From Spirulina sp. (GTDB lineage: Bacteria; Cyanobacteriota; Cyanobacteriia; Phormidesmidales; Phormidesmidaceae): a stretch of 64,000 bases of DNA. Shown in pieces: positions 1 through 10,188 of this stretch. Made by a program: the position numbers and the translations under genes. The stretch spans positions 48,120-112,119 of the forward strand of contig JBIPSI010000018.1 in NCBI GenBank assembly GCA_044070495.1, written 5' to 3'. A model generated the notes under the pieces. It saw nothing but the letters and a program-made list of their open reading frames with translations, did not search any database and had not been told where the DNA came from. How positions within the stretch are numbered: the stretch's first letter is position 1; each line of letters begins with the position of its first letter.

Positions 1-201
1 GTGGCCCTGGCCAGCCACAGCGGCGGCGGTGGGCAGAAAGTCGGTCTTGCCATGCGTCAACAGTTATCCCACCTGGGTTGTAACGTGCTGGGCCGAGAAG
101 TGGTGGCCAACGCCCAGAAGGACGCCAACCCCGAAGCCATTGCCGCCCTGGTGGCCCAACTTAGCGTCCTAGAATCGACTGCCGCTGACCTTCCCGCCTA
201 G
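1..201 (+). CDS. C-terminal part of a probable NADPH-dependent FMN reductase/flavodoxin-fold protein (5' end outside the window)
   Basis: ALASHSGGGG..MRQQLSHLG resembles the S-G-G-G...LR..L..LG segment of FMN reductases; frame open from position 1. Confidence 0.5.
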   Translation: MALASHSGGGGQKVGLAMRQQLSHLGCNVLGREVVANAQKDANPEAIAALVAQLSVLESTAADLPA

Positions 202-309
202 GTCTAGCCCTCGGACTTGGGAGCCTCAGCCGCGATGTCCTCTTTGGTTCTGGCTAGTTTTTGGTCAAAATTCGATCCTGTCCCTTAGGATCACGGCATA
301 GATTTTGCC

Positions 310-2901
310 ATGACCATGCCCCAGGACGACGTGACTCCTCCCGACCATTCGCCCCCCACCCAGGACACCCCCAAGGATGCCGTAGACGGTACCCTGCTTG
401 GGCTACTTACCCTGGCACTGTATACCCTGTTCACCCTACTCCCCGGCAGCAGCACCATGATGACGGCTTGGCCGTGGGTGTTTTTGTGGCAGATGGCGTT
501 GCTGTTGCCGATTCTGTGGCTGCTTTGGCAGGTGTGGCAGAAACCCCTGGTGTCCCTGGCCCTGGGGGGCGGGCTGGACTGGGTGGCAGCCTTGGCGGTG
601 GCGGGGTTGGGGATTTCTACCCTGGCGGCAGAGTTTCATGCCCAGGCGCTTTGGTATTCCTGGGCGGCGCTGGGGGGAATTGCGGCCCTCTATGCCCTGC
701 GGGGATGGTTGACGGACATCAACCGGGTGAAAGCGGCGCTGAATTTTCAGGGATATTTAGCCCTAGCCTTTGTGGGGGTGAGTTTGGGCCTGTGGGTGCT
801 GCAAATCTATCGGCCCGAACTGGCTCGGTTGCAGGCGCTTCAGCAGTACGGGGTGGAAACCGCCTTTAGTTTTCAATTCACCAGCCTGCGGAACTGGCAA
901 CCCATTGGCCACCAAAACTATGTGGCGGGCTATCTGGGCCTGGTGATTCCCCTATTTGTGGGGTTGGCTTGGTTGGCGAAGGACTGGCGACGCTGGCTGT
1001 GGCTGGGGGCTATGGGGCTGGGCCTGGTGAATCTCTATACCACCAGTTCTCGCGGCGGCTGGCTGGCGTTGATTGCGGCGGGCTTGGTGGGCTTAGGCGT
1101 GGCGCTGATCTACAGTCCCCTACCCCGGCGCTGGGTGTTGGCGGTCGGGCTAGGGGGCACCGCCCTGGTATTGGCGTTGATATTCAGCAACAGTCGCCTA
1201 CGACAAGCCCTGGCGGGCCTCACCAGCGGCAACTTGGCCGGAGGAGAGTTCTCCTACCGCGCGGTCACCAATGCGGTGGGCTGGAATATGGGCAAAAGCG
1301 CCCCCCTGACCGGGATCGGCCCCGGCAGTGTGCCCCTCGTCTACCAAGCCTATCGCCCCCACTGGGCCGGACGAGATGCCGAACTACAATTTCAACTGCA
1401 CAGCACCCCCGCCCAACTGTGGGGCGAATTAGGGATTTGGGGTGTCATCGTTCCCCTGGCCTTGGTTGGGGTAATTCTCGCCTTGGTGATCCGCTGGATT
1501 CGTGCCGATGCCCGCCACACCCCCTCCAGCCTGCCGCCCCTAATGGTCTGGTGCATCCTCTCGGCCCTGGTTGGCTTTTCTCTGATCAGCCTCACCGACT
1601 ACCAACTCGACATCCTCCCCATCAGCGGCGTTCTCATCCTCTACCTCGCCACCCTTTCCCATACCCTCACCCCGTACGGGCGCACCGCCGTGCGCCCCAA
1701 CCCCAACCCCAGCCGCCTGAACCGTATTCTCGTTGCCCTGGGCCTAGGGATGTCGTTGGCGATGAGTCTGTGGCTGGTGCCTGTGCATCGAGCCTGGGGG
1801 TTGTCTAGCGATGGCTTTGCCGCCCTAGCCAAGCAGGATGTTAATCGTTTTGCCCAAAGCCTGGATCGCGCCCATCAACTGGCTCCCTGGGAACCCTACT
1901 ACCCCTACCAACTGGGCTGGAACCTGGGCGATCTCAGCTACCAGGTGACGGATAACCCCGACCTGCGGGCGGCCCTGTTGCGGGATGCGATTGCTTGGTT
2001 TGAGGTGGGAAATGAAACGGTGCCCTACCAAGAGTTTGGCCACTCTAACCTGGGCTGGCTGCTGCTAGATAATAGTCAACTCGACGAGGCCAAAGCTTCC
2101 TTTCAGCGATCCATTGGTCTCATTCCTGCCAAACCGGGAGTCTTTTTTGGCCTGGGCTTTAGCTGTCTGCGCCAGGACGATACCGCCTGCGCCACCGAGG
2201 CTCTTGCCCTAGAAATCCTTCGTCATCCGGTGCTGCTGACGAGTCCAATCTGGCAGATTGGCCCCCTAGCTGATCTCTATGGCCCCGTTACCGAACGCCT
2301 AGAAACCCTCTATGGCGAAATGCTGAGCCAAAGTACCGATCCTGCCCTGACCAGCTTTTTGCACCAAGGACGGGGCACCCTGCGCTGGTGGCTGGGGGAT
2401 GTGGCCGGGGCCGCTGAGGATTGGGAAACATCCGGTGGCGTCCTCCAATCTGCCCTGCTGACCCTGGCTGAAGGCGGCACCGTGGATCTCGAAACCCTGC
2501 CAGAAATTCCGGCTAAGTACGCCATTGCTGCTTGGCAAACCCCCGACCAACGCCAAGCCCTGCTCGAAAAAGCCTGGGTGACCCAGCCCGAAGACCTGCC
2601 CCAACTGGCCGACAGCCTACCCGATCCAGCGATGATCGCCAACCTAGTCGCCAGCATGGACAACGCCGCCAACTTTAAGGACTGGCTGCAACGCACCGCC
2701 CCAAGCTGGCAGCCCCGCAGCGGTCGCCTGGGGTTTGGGGTGCTCAGCCGCCACATCGACGGGCCAACCCCTTCCGACTTTTACCCCAGGATTGAAAATG
2801 TGCCCATGGTGAAATTCTTCCCGGAGGTGATTGTTTCGCCAATCTTTCTACCAGCCCTAGATCAAGCCTTACAGCCCTATCAGCAGGGGGTTTTGGAGTA
2901 G
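310..2901 (+). CDS. O-antigen ligase-like polytopic membrane protein with C-terminal TPR-like region
   Basis: Many TM segments; motifs GHQNYVAG, TTSSRGGWL, LTGIGPG, QLHST..QL.GELG typical of Wzy_C/IctB-like proteins; helical TPR-like tail. Confidence 0.75.
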   Translation: MTMPQDDVTPPDHSPPTQDTPKDAVDGTLLGLLTLALYTLFTLLPGSSTMMTAWPWVFLWQMALLLPILWLLWQVWQKPLVSLALGGGLDWVAALAVAGLGISTLAAEFHAQALWYSWAALGGIAALYALRGWLTDINRVKAALNFQGYLALAFVGVSLGLWVLQIYRPELARLQALQQYGVETAFSFQFTSLRNWQPIGHQNYVAGYLGLVIPLFVGLAWLAKDWRRWLWLGAMGLGLVNLYTTSSRGGWLALIAAGLVGLGVALIYSPLPRRWVLAVGLGGTALVLALIFSNSRLRQALAGLTSGNLAGGEFSYRAVTNAVGWNMGKSAPLTGIGPGSVPLVYQAYRPHWAGRDAELQFQLHSTPAQLWGELGIWGVIVPLALVGVILALVIRWIRADARHTPSSLPPLMVWCILSALVGFSLISLTDYQLDILPISGVLILYLATLSHTLTPYGRTAVRPNPNPSRLNRILVALGLGMSLAMSLWLVPVHRAWGLSSDGFAALAKQDVNRFAQSLDRAHQLAPWEPYYPYQLGWNLGDLSYQVTDNPDLRAALLRDAIAWFEVGNETVPYQEFGHSNLGWLLLDNSQLDEAKASFQRSIGLIPAKPGVFFGLGFSCLRQDDTACATEALALEILRHPVLLTSPIWQIGPLADLYGPVTERLETLYGEMLSQSTDPALTSFLHQGRGTLRWWLGDVAGAAEDWETSGGVLQSALLTLAEGGTVDLETLPEIPAKYAIAAWQTPDQRQALLEKAWVTQPEDLPQLADSLPDPAMIANLVASMDNAANFKDWLQRTAPSWQPRSGRLGFGVLSRHIDGPTPSDFYPRIENVPMVKFFPEVIVSPIFLPALDQALQPYQQGVLE
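1674..1702 (+). repeat. GTACGGGCGCAC-N4-GTGCGCCCCAACC hairpin repeat, in frame inside the CDS
   Basis: Near-identical to intergenic copies at 2929-2957 (minus), 18440-18468 and 18482-18510. Confidence 0.75.
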
Positions 2902-2928
2902 GAATCTGACGGATAAGATTTTGGCCAA

Positions 2929-2957
2929 GGTTGGGGCGCACCGCTGTGCGCCCGTAC
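2929..2957 (-). repeat. GTACGGGCGCAC-family REP-like hairpin between convergent genes
   Basis: GGGCGCAC-CGCT-GTGCGCCC-GTAC inverted repeat. Confidence 0.75.
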
Positions 2958-2970
2958 GGTGGATTTTGGG

Positions 2971-3948
2971 TTAGGGAGATTCCCGTTGGCGGACGGCTTC
3001 TAGGCCAGCCGAAATTCCCCTAGGGCGATACCCCAGATCCATCGCTCGCTGGTTGTTGGAGGAGACATCGGCGGGGCGGGCGGCGGCCATAGCAACATCG
3101 GCTTGGCGGCAGGGCTGGATGAGTTGGGCATCCAGGTCAAATACCTCGGCCATGCGGAGGCCAAACTCGTAGCGGCTGAGGCGTTCTGGGCCACCAAGAT
3201 GTAGCAGCAGACCAGGATGTTTGAGGGCCAACAGTAGCCCAGCGGCCACGTCTTCCACGTAGGCGGGGGTGCGGTATTCGTCGGTGAATAGATAGAGAGA
3301 CTGTCCCCTTCGCAAACGAGCTAGAAAATCCTGCAAAAAGCAAGCTCCGTGGGCGCTAGGGGGGCCATAGAGCAAGGGTAAACGGCAGAGGGTGGCGGCG
3401 GGGTAGAGGGATCGAATCCGTTGTTCGGCCTCTAGTTTGTGGCGTCCGTAGGTGTTGATGGGGTTGGGGAGGCTGGTTTCGTCGTAGGGGGGCGCTTGGC
3501 CGCCGAAGACCTGATCGGTGGAGGTGAACACCAGGGGAATTTGATCCTCGCGGCAGAGGGTAGCTAGGGTCTCGCTGGCCTGCACATTGATGGCGTAGGA
3601 CAGGTCTGGATTTTGCTCACAGCGGTTGGGCTGGGAGAGGGCGGCGGTGTGGATCACGCCATCGGGTCGCCAATGCTGGAACCACTCCGTCACTGCCGAA
3701 GTATTCGTCAAATCAAGGCGGTGATAGGTCACGCGATCCTCAGTTACGCGATCCTCGGTCAAGCGATCCTCAGTTACGCGATCAATGGTGGCTGTCCTAG
3801 CGGTTGCTGGAACTACAGAATGCCGATGGTAAATGCCTTGTACCTGTCCTTGGGTTTGAGCGAGCTGGATCAGGGGTTCTCCCAAAAAGCCGCTGGCTCC
3901 TGTAATGAGTAAACCGCCGGGGGAGGTGGGGTGGGGAGAATCAGCCAT
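2971..3948 (-). CDS. NAD(P)-dependent oxidoreductase, RmlD/dTDP-4-dehydrorhamnose reductase-like extended SDR
   Basis: ITGASGFLG Rossmann motif, HTAA, STDQVF, YGRHK (YxxxK), DEYRTP, RPADVS. Confidence 0.8.
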   Translation of the reverse strand: MADSPHPTSPGGLLITGASGFLGEPLIQLAQTQGQVQGIYHRHSVVPATARTATIDRVTEDRLTEDRVTEDRVTYHRLDLTNTSAVTEWFQHWRPDGVIHTAALSQPNRCEQNPDLSYAINVQASETLATLCREDQIPLVFTSTDQVFGGQAPPYDETSLPNPINTYGRHKLEAEQRIRSLYPAATLCRLPLLYGPPSAHGACFLQDFLARLRRGQSLYLFTDEYRTPAYVEDVAAGLLLALKHPGLLLHLGGPERLSRYEFGLRMAEVFDLDAQLIQPCRQADVAMAAARPADVSSNNQRAMDLGYRPRGISAGLEAVRQRESP

Positions 3949-3959
3949 GGGTTGAGGGG

Positions 3960-3991
3960 TTGGTTGTTGGTTATTGGTTGTTGGTTATTGG
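3960..3991. repeat. Heptamer tandem repeat (STRR-like) TTGGTT(G/A) x4
   Basis: ttggttg-ttggtta-ttggttg-ttggtta-ttgg; related CCAATCA/CCAACAA/CTAATAA/CGAATAA run at about 53072-53099. Confidence 0.7.
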
Positions 3992-4014
3992 GGGGTGGGG
4001 AGGATTTTTGAGGG

Positions 4015-4980
4015 CTAGCGTAGCGTATTTAAGGCTTGGGCGATTCCGGCACCGATGGCTTCGGCTAGGGTGCTAATTAAGCGGTAGAGCACAACGGCAC
4101 TGAGGATCACCGCCACCGGGAGGGTGTCCTGGAGCAGCGGTACGGCGAGGGCTTCCACAACGCCCAGACCTCCAGGCGCGCCGGGGACGATCAACCCTGC
4201 TAGCCAAGCAAGGCTAAAGCGGCTGATTACCGTTGGCCAAAGGCTCTGAGGGAGGGGACTGAGGGCGCTGACAATCAGCCCAAAGCCCAGGCCCCGCAGC
4301 AGCACAAACCCCACTTCGCCCATCAGGGGTTTGAGGGGATAGTGTGTTAAAAGGGCGGGGGCGGAATTTGGATCTCCAGGGAGTGACGAGGCTGTGGGGG
4401 ATGCTCCTAACGCCTGGGATCCATCTAGGTTGTGATCAGCCGCGAGGGATTTCGCCTTGCCTTGACTCAGTTTTCTCAGCAGGGGATTTAGAACGTTAGG
4501 ATGCAGACCCGCTAGCACTAAGGTCAGCAACGCCAGTTGTCCGGGCCAGTAAATCGTAGGCTTGGCTAAGCCCACCAGCAAGGCCGCCGCCGCCATCAAC
4601 ACTGGATCCAGCACTACGCCCAGAATGGCGGGTACCGTAGCAATGCCCAGACTACGCAGGGCTTGAATGCGCCCATAAAAATGCCAAATGTTCCCCGGCA
4701 GGTATTTCAAAAGGTTCGTTTTGAGGTAGATCACCATACTCCAACGCCCCCCCACGGGTTGCTGAAGGGCTTGTAAAATCCAACTCCAGGCCCAGCCCGA
4801 CCAACCGTGGGCTAGCAGAGTCATGCCTAGGGATGCCCCCAGTCGCCCAGCGGCATCGGGTTGAATCTGAAGGGCCAGCACCTCGGCCCAATGCCCCCTC
4901 AGCGTGCGCCCCAAAAACAGGATCGCCGCCGCCATCACCGCCCACCGCAGGATGCGTTTTATCCGTTGCTGCAAGCGCAA
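4015..4980 (-). CDS. Lysylphosphatidylglycerol-synthase TM domain/UPF0104 (flippase-like) membrane protein
   Basis: KYLPGNIWH..GR, PGAPGGLGV.E and YRLIS motifs; start moved to TTG 4980, which follows GGGAGG and avoids overlap with the divergent gene. Confidence 0.7.
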   Translation of the reverse strand: MRLQQRIKRILRWAVMAAAILFLGRTLRGHWAEVLALQIQPDAAGRLGASLGMTLLAHGWSGWAWSWILQALQQPVGGRWSMVIYLKTNLLKYLPGNIWHFYGRIQALRSLGIATVPAILGVVLDPVLMAAAALLVGLAKPTIYWPGQLALLTLVLAGLHPNVLNPLLRKLSQGKAKSLAADHNLDGSQALGASPTASSLPGDPNSAPALLTHYPLKPLMGEVGFVLLRGLGFGLIVSALSPLPQSLWPTVISRFSLAWLAGLIVPGAPGGLGVVEALAVPLLQDTLPVAVILSAVVLYRLISTLAEAIGAGIAQALNTLR

Positions 4981-5099
4981 TTCCTCCCTTCCTGGGTGAT
5001 CGCGAATGGGTGATCGCTGCGATCTGGCCCTTCCGGCGATCCCCTTCCGTAGGAAAATAGCACTACCGAACCCTTTGGCCCTAGACGCGAGATTTTGCC

Positions 5100-6269
5100 A
5101 TGGTGACCGCATCCTCTGCTTCCCAAACCTCCCCAACCTCAGTCCGCAACACCCATCGGCCCTCCCTTGCGCCTCTGGTGGTGCCCAATCGGCTGCTGCT
5201 GGGGCCAGGGCCATCCAATGCCCACCCCCAGGTGATTGCGGCCATGAATCACCAGCCCATCGGCCACCTGGATCCCGACTACCTGGTGATGATGGACGAA
5301 GTTCAGGAACTGCTGCGCTACACCTGGCAGACCGACAACGCCCTCACCTACGCCATTGCCGGGACGGGATCGGCGGCCATGGAGGCCACCCTAGCCAACG
5401 CCATTGAACCGGGGGATCGGGTGCTGGTGGCGGTGAAGGGCTACTTTGGCCATCGCCTAGTGGCCATGGCCCAGCGCTACGGGGCCGAGGTGGTTACCAT
5501 CCAAAAGCCCTGGGGCGAAGCCTTCACCCTGGAGGAAATTACCGCTGCTCTCCAGACCCACCAGCCTGCGGTGATGGCCATCGTCCATGCCGAAACCTCC
5601 ACCGGGGTGCGTCAGCCCCTAGAGGGCGTAGGGGCCGTCTGCCGAGAACAGGGCTGTCTGCTGGTGGTGGATACGGTCACCAGTTTGGGCGGCGTACCGA
5701 TTTTTCTGGATGACTGGCAGGTGGATTTGGCCTATAGCTGTAGCCAAAAGGGGCTGAGCTGCGCCCCTGGTATTTCCCCCTTCACCATGGGACCAAGGGC
5801 CGTAGAAAAGCTGGAACGCCGCGCCCAGCCCGTAGCCAACTGGTATTTGGATGCGGCCCTGCTGAGGCAATATTGGGGCCGCGAACGAACCTATCACCAC
5901 ACCGCCCCTGTCAACCTCACCTATGCCCTGCGGGAGGCCCTGCGCCTACTGGCGGAGGAAGGCTTAGAGGCTCGCTGGCAGCGCCACCAACACACGGCGG
6001 AATACCTCTGGGCGGGGCTGGCGGATCTGGGCCTCGCCTGCCATGTGCCCCAGGAATTTCGGCTGCCTACCCTGACCACCGTGCGCGTGCCCGATGGCGT
6101 AGATGCCAAGGCCGTGGGGCGGCAACTGCTGACGGAATACAACATTGAAATCGGCGGCGGCCTGGGCGAACTCGCGGGCCGAGTGTGGCGCATCGGCCTG
6201 ATGGGCCACAACAGCGACCCGACCCATGTAGATACCCTGCTGAAAGCTCTGAAGGCTGTGCTTCCCTAG
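5100..6269 (+). CDS. Alanine-glyoxylate/serine-pyruvate aminotransferase (PLP class V)
   Basis: LLLGPGPSN, VHAETSTG, DTVTSLGG, SCSQKGLS (PLP Lys), YHHTAP, WRIGLMG. Confidence 0.92.
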   Translation: MVTASSASQTSPTSVRNTHRPSLAPLVVPNRLLLGPGPSNAHPQVIAAMNHQPIGHLDPDYLVMMDEVQELLRYTWQTDNALTYAIAGTGSAAMEATLANAIEPGDRVLVAVKGYFGHRLVAMAQRYGAEVVTIQKPWGEAFTLEEITAALQTHQPAVMAIVHAETSTGVRQPLEGVGAVCREQGCLLVVDTVTSLGGVPIFLDDWQVDLAYSCSQKGLSCAPGISPFTMGPRAVEKLERRAQPVANWYLDAALLRQYWGRERTYHHTAPVNLTYALREALRLLAEEGLEARWQRHQHTAEYLWAGLADLGLACHVPQEFRLPTLTTVRVPDGVDAKAVGRQLLTEYNIEIGGGLGELAGRVWRIGLMGHNSDPTHVDTLLKALKAVLP

Positions 6270-6318
6270 GGGGATTCCACCGACTTACACCAGGCCCTAG
6301 TTATACCCCCGGTTGAGT

Positions 6319-6470
6319 GGGCGAGAAGACCGCGCCCCTACGTCAGGTTGGACGGCTTAGCCATTAGGGTGATGGGATTCAGCTTGGGGATTACAAAAGA
6401 TTCTGCGCCGGACGCGGAAACCTAGCCCCTACCGTATTGGGTTCATGTAGGGGCTAGGTCTCCTGACCCT
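6319..6470. repeat. Cluster of GTAGGGG-family REP-like hairpins
   Basis: GGGCGAGAAGACCGCGCCCCTAC (6319-6341), CCTAGCCCCTAC, GTAGGGGCTAGGTCTCCTGACCCT (6447-6470); same family at 7157-7183, 10261-10286, 10687-10710, 10726-10747, 15959-16077. Confidence 0.65.
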
Positions 6471-6592
6471 TTGGCGGATATGGGTTCTCGCAAGTGCCGC
6501 CAGTCAATCAGGGTAGGACGACACTGACCCAAATATCGCGAGCTGTATGTAAGGATTGCTATATCCCCTGCGACTAACCGTCAGTCCAGAGT

Positions 6593-6634
6593 TTTGTTGG
6601 CAATAGTTTGTTGGCGATAGTTTGTTGGCGATAA
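6593..6634. repeat. 14-bp tandem repeat TTTGTTGGC(A/G)ATA(G/A) x3
   Basis: Read directly from the sequence. Confidence 0.85.
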
Positions 6635-6877
6635 CCGAGGGCTATTCTACGGAGTTGAACCCCTACGGATCGCTATATATTTGGTGAGGGAACGTAAATT
6701 TGCTGAAGCCTGAGTAATTTCACAGATTCGTTAGAATCAATTAATACCCTAGCTTAATCACTATTGAGCATTTAAATCCTTTTAAGTGCTTCAAATGGGC
6801 CGGAATTGACTCAGGCTAGGCTGTATTTATAGCTACCCTCCTGATTTCCTGTCGTCACCATCGTAAGGCTTTCTAAC

Positions 6878-7072
6878 ATGAATCCAGCAGAGTTTGAAGC
6901 TCGCTATCAAGAGCAAGTTCGCGACATTTTGAACCGTCTGCAATCGGCCATGGCCGTATCCTCCCAGCTTGAAGCCTCCATGGCCGACATTGGCGATTCC
7001 CTACAACAGCTCAGCCGCGAGGTAGAGCTATTTTTGGCCAGCCAGCGCCGATCTCAACCTGACCAACCCTAG
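6878..7072 (+). CDS. Small coiled-coil hypothetical protein (64 aa)
   Basis: ATG start after an AT-rich promoter-like region; amphipathic heptad pattern. Confidence 0.55.
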   Translation: MNPAEFEARYQEQVRDILNRLQSAMAVSSQLEASMADIGDSLQQLSREVELFLASQRRSQPDQP

Positions 7073-7215
7073 GAGAATCGGGTTAGCCCGTTATCCTAGG
7101 CGATCCCCTCCTATCCAATCCGCATCAGAAAAACCCGATTCCCAACCCAGAAAGCCGTAGGGGTGAGGTTTCCTCACCCCTATCGATGGCAGGGGAAAGC
7201 AATCCGAATTTGGCA

Positions 7216-7611
7216 TCAAGGGGCCAATACCTCGCGAATGGTCTGCACCAGTTCCTTCAGGCGCACGGGTTTGACCAAATAGCGACAGGCCCCTAGGGCT
7301 AAGGCTCGTTCCTGGTTTTCTAGGAAGGCATAGCCAGAAACCACCACCACCGGAAGCCTTAGCCCGCCCGATGGGGTTTGCAGCATCTTCAAAAGACAGT
7401 AGCCATCGGGATCCGGCAGGCCCAGATCCAACACCAACAGATCCGGGTGAAAGTCCGCTAGGGTTTTCTGAAGCAACAGGCCATCGGGCAGAGCAAAGAC
7501 CGTAAACCCAGCGAAGGTGAGGTAGTCAAAAAACAGCAGCCGATTGGCGTAGTCATCCTCAATGATGAGGATGCGTGGGGCATAGATGAAGGCTTTTGGA
7601 GATGACACCAT
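7216..7611 (-). CDS. Single-domain response regulator (CheY/DivK-like)
   Basis: LIIEDD, LVLDLGLP (phospho-Asp), VVSG, YLVKP. Confidence 0.88.
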   Translation of the reverse strand: MVSSPKAFIYAPRILIIEDDYANRLLFFDYLTFAGFTVFALPDGLLLQKTLADFHPDLLVLDLGLPDPDGYCLLKMLQTPSGGLRLPVVVVSGYAFLENQERALALGACRYLVKPVRLKELVQTIREVLAP

Positions 7612-7936
7612 AACTCTGGCAAGCTCTCGCTAGGGTCTCGCCCATAGGGCTAACCGTGTTGCTGTTGCATCGTTCTGAGGGATGGTAGGAAAGGACATCC
7701 CCTGGCCATCCATCCTGCCCTGGGAAAAGGGGCTGGGGCCTTTAAACCTTTATGGGGGCCGCAACAGGTTAAGCCGCAACATTCCGAGGGAGACGGGGCA
7801 GTCAGGTTTCTGGGAAAAGGTGAAGACCCTATAACCATGGATTTTAATCTCTGCTGGGCTGACAATATGTCTCCGTCTAGGCCAATAGCCGGGGACACCA
7901 TAGGAATTTATCCATTTAAAGATAGAGGGGGACTCT

Positions 7937-8317
7937 ATGGTTGATCCCACGGTTTTAGATCAGTTTATAGAGGCGCTCCGGGCCTATGGCCAAGCCTACG
8001 GTATGCCCTCCACCCTAGATCGCTGGCAAGGGATAGCGGCCACCCTTTTGCGACTGATGCAGGAGGGGCGCACTCAGCCCTTATCGGCAGACCAGGTCAC
8101 CGATCTCTTAGCTCAATCCACCGCCCTGTGGGACGCCCCTGATCCCACGTTTCCCCGCTCCCCCGGCGAGATCGACACAGATTCTAGGCCTACCCATGCC
8201 TCTGCGATGGATAGCCTAGCGGCGGCTGAACATCTAGGGGATCTGAACAACCCGGAAACCCTGGCCCGGACGGCACACCGTTGGCACCACCACCTACAGC
8301 TGACCTCATCGGTATAA
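7937..8317 (+). CDS. Hypothetical protein, possibly truncated
   Basis: GAGGGG upstream of ATG; helical N-terminus; no recognisable family; ends just before a MITE-like element. Confidence 0.4.
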   Translation: MVDPTVLDQFIEALRAYGQAYGMPSTLDRWQGIAATLLRLMQEGRTQPLSADQVTDLLAQSTALWDAPDPTFPRSPGEIDTDSRPTHASAMDSLAAAEHLGDLNNPETLARTAHRWHHHLQLTSSV

Positions 8318-8377
8318 CTTGGGACAAGCTTCGGCTTTTCAAACGTCCTCTTAGGGCTAGCGGGGCATCGGCCCAAT

Positions 8378-8529
8378 CTATAGCGGATTTCACACGGGTC
8401 AAGCACATGGCGATGATCCCCCCTACCCCCCTTTTTAAGGGGGGTATAGCGTGAACCTTAGACAACTAGGCACTGGGGGGATCTAGAACTCAGCAAAGGT
8501 GTATCTCATGCTATCGAGAACCGCTATAG
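8378..8529. mobile_element. MITE-like element (152 bp) with imperfect terminal inverted repeats
   Basis: Left end CTATAGCGGATTTC, right end GAGAACCGCTATAG; internal GATCCCCCC...GGGGGGATC and CCCCCCTT-TTT-AAGGGGGG palindromes; no transposase. Confidence 0.5.
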
Positions 8530-8544
8530 CCGATGCAATACACG

Positions 8545-8575
8545 CAAAAAGCCGGGGTTATGCCCCGGCTTTTTG
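8545..8575. terminator. Intrinsic terminator (bidirectional shape) downstream of sbtB
   Basis: CAAAAAGCCGGGG-TTATG-CCCCGGCTTTTTG. Confidence 0.85.
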
Positions 8576-8592
8576 GTTGATATCATCTCAAC

Positions 8593-8937
<345 letters not shown>

Positions 8938-9018
8938 TTAGGTCTACATTTGTCTACATTCATTGAATCACTGGGTTAACGGGCCACAGGAACCCCGGCA
9001 AGCCGGAACCCTTTCGGG

Positions 9019-10188
9019 TTAGCCCCCCGTCATCGCCTGGGCGAGGCCGACAAAGAGCGGAATGCACAGGGCAATGGCAACCGGGGTGCCGATGGCGGTG
9101 GATGCCCCAATGTAGGCGGAGGGGTTGGCCGAGGGAATGCCCGCCCGCAGGGTGGGAGGCCCAGAGATATCAGAACTGGAGGCGGCAATCACGGCTAGGA
9201 GGGCAACACCGCCAGGGCTGAAGCCAGTGGCGTAGTGGGCAATCATACCGAGACCGAAGGCAATAAATCCATGGGCAAAGGGTGCGACAAAGGCGTACAG
9301 CGCATACCACTGAGCAACCTTGCGCAGTTCATTTAAGCGTGACCAGGCTTCCATACCCATAATCAACATCAGGATGGATAGCAGACCCCGGAAGAGAGGA
9401 TCGTAAAAGCTCTCGTAGACACTTTCGGGCCGGGTGAGAATCCCTAAGGCAAGACCCAGCAACAGGGCCGATAGGGCAGGGCCTTGGAGGCTTTCTTGAA
9501 TGATGGGCCAAATTTTAACTCGCCCACTGCCAGAGCCGCCCGACTCGCTAGCATAGGCACCGACGGAACCACCCGATTCGCCAGCATAGCTCCCTGAGGA
9601 ACCACCACCCACGGCATCGGTATAGCCACCGACGGCAACGGGCTGCCTGTCCACATACTCCTGGCTGAGAAATTTCTCGTTTTTCAGGTACTTTTCGCGC
9701 TTCTGCTTGCTGGTATAAAGGCTGGCCAAAACGATGGCCGTCACCAAAGCCGAGATATCCATAAAGGGATAGAGTGCGCCAGCCCAGGCTTCAAATTCAA
9801 TGCCTTGGCCCTCCAGCATCGTAATGCCAGCCACCATGGTGGAACCACTCACGGCACCGAACAAGCCCGCCGTCGCCAAGGCATCTACGGTTCTGATTCC
9901 TGGCAGCTTGGCGAAGGTGTAGCGCCCAATCAGCACGATCACAATCCCTGTGACCACCGCAAACAGCGCAGGCAGCAGCATTTCCCCCAGGTTGGCATTG
10001 CGAATGCCCATGCCGCCCGTCAGGCCGACCTTGATCAGCAGCATGAACACGATGAATTTATAGATGGCATCGGGAATGGCCAACTGGCTACCCAGAGCCG
10101 CAATGACGACCCCGCCAATCAGAAAGCCAAGGGTTGGGGACTGCAACTGCGACCCGAACCGGGCTAAGAAATCAAGCAAGAAATCCAC
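9019..10188 (-). CDS. sbtA: SbtA sodium-dependent bicarbonate transporter
   Basis: MDFL..F...LQSPTLGFLIGG, FGAVSGST, YPFMD, SSDISGPPTLRAGIPSANPSAYIG; GTG start after AGGAGG; G/S-rich expanded central loop. Confidence 0.96.
   Translation of the reverse strand: MDFLLDFLARFGSQLQSPTLGFLIGGVVIAALGSQLAIPDAIYKFIVFMLLIKVGLTGGMGIRNANLGEMLLPALFAVVTGIVIVLIGRYTFAKLPGIRTVDALATAGLFGAVSGSTMVAGITMLEGQGIEFEAWAGALYPFMDISALVTAIVLASLYTSKQKREKYLKNEKFLSQEYVDRQPVAVGGYTDAVGGGSSGSYAGESGGSVGAYASESGGSGSGRVKIWPIIQESLQGPALSALLLGLALGILTRPESVYESFYDPLFRGLLSILMLIMGMEAWSRLNELRKVAQWYALYAFVAPFAHGFIAFGLGMIAHYATGFSPGGVALLAVIAASSSDISGPPTLRAGIPSANPSAYIGASTAIGTPVAIALCIPLFVGLAQAMTGG

Noticed and set aside
4981..5214. Long N-terminal extensions given by the ORF track (also 18456-18563, 58345-58512, 59024-59461)
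   Set aside because: They overlap neighbouring genes, repeats or promoter DNA; downstream starts fit the family N-termini better
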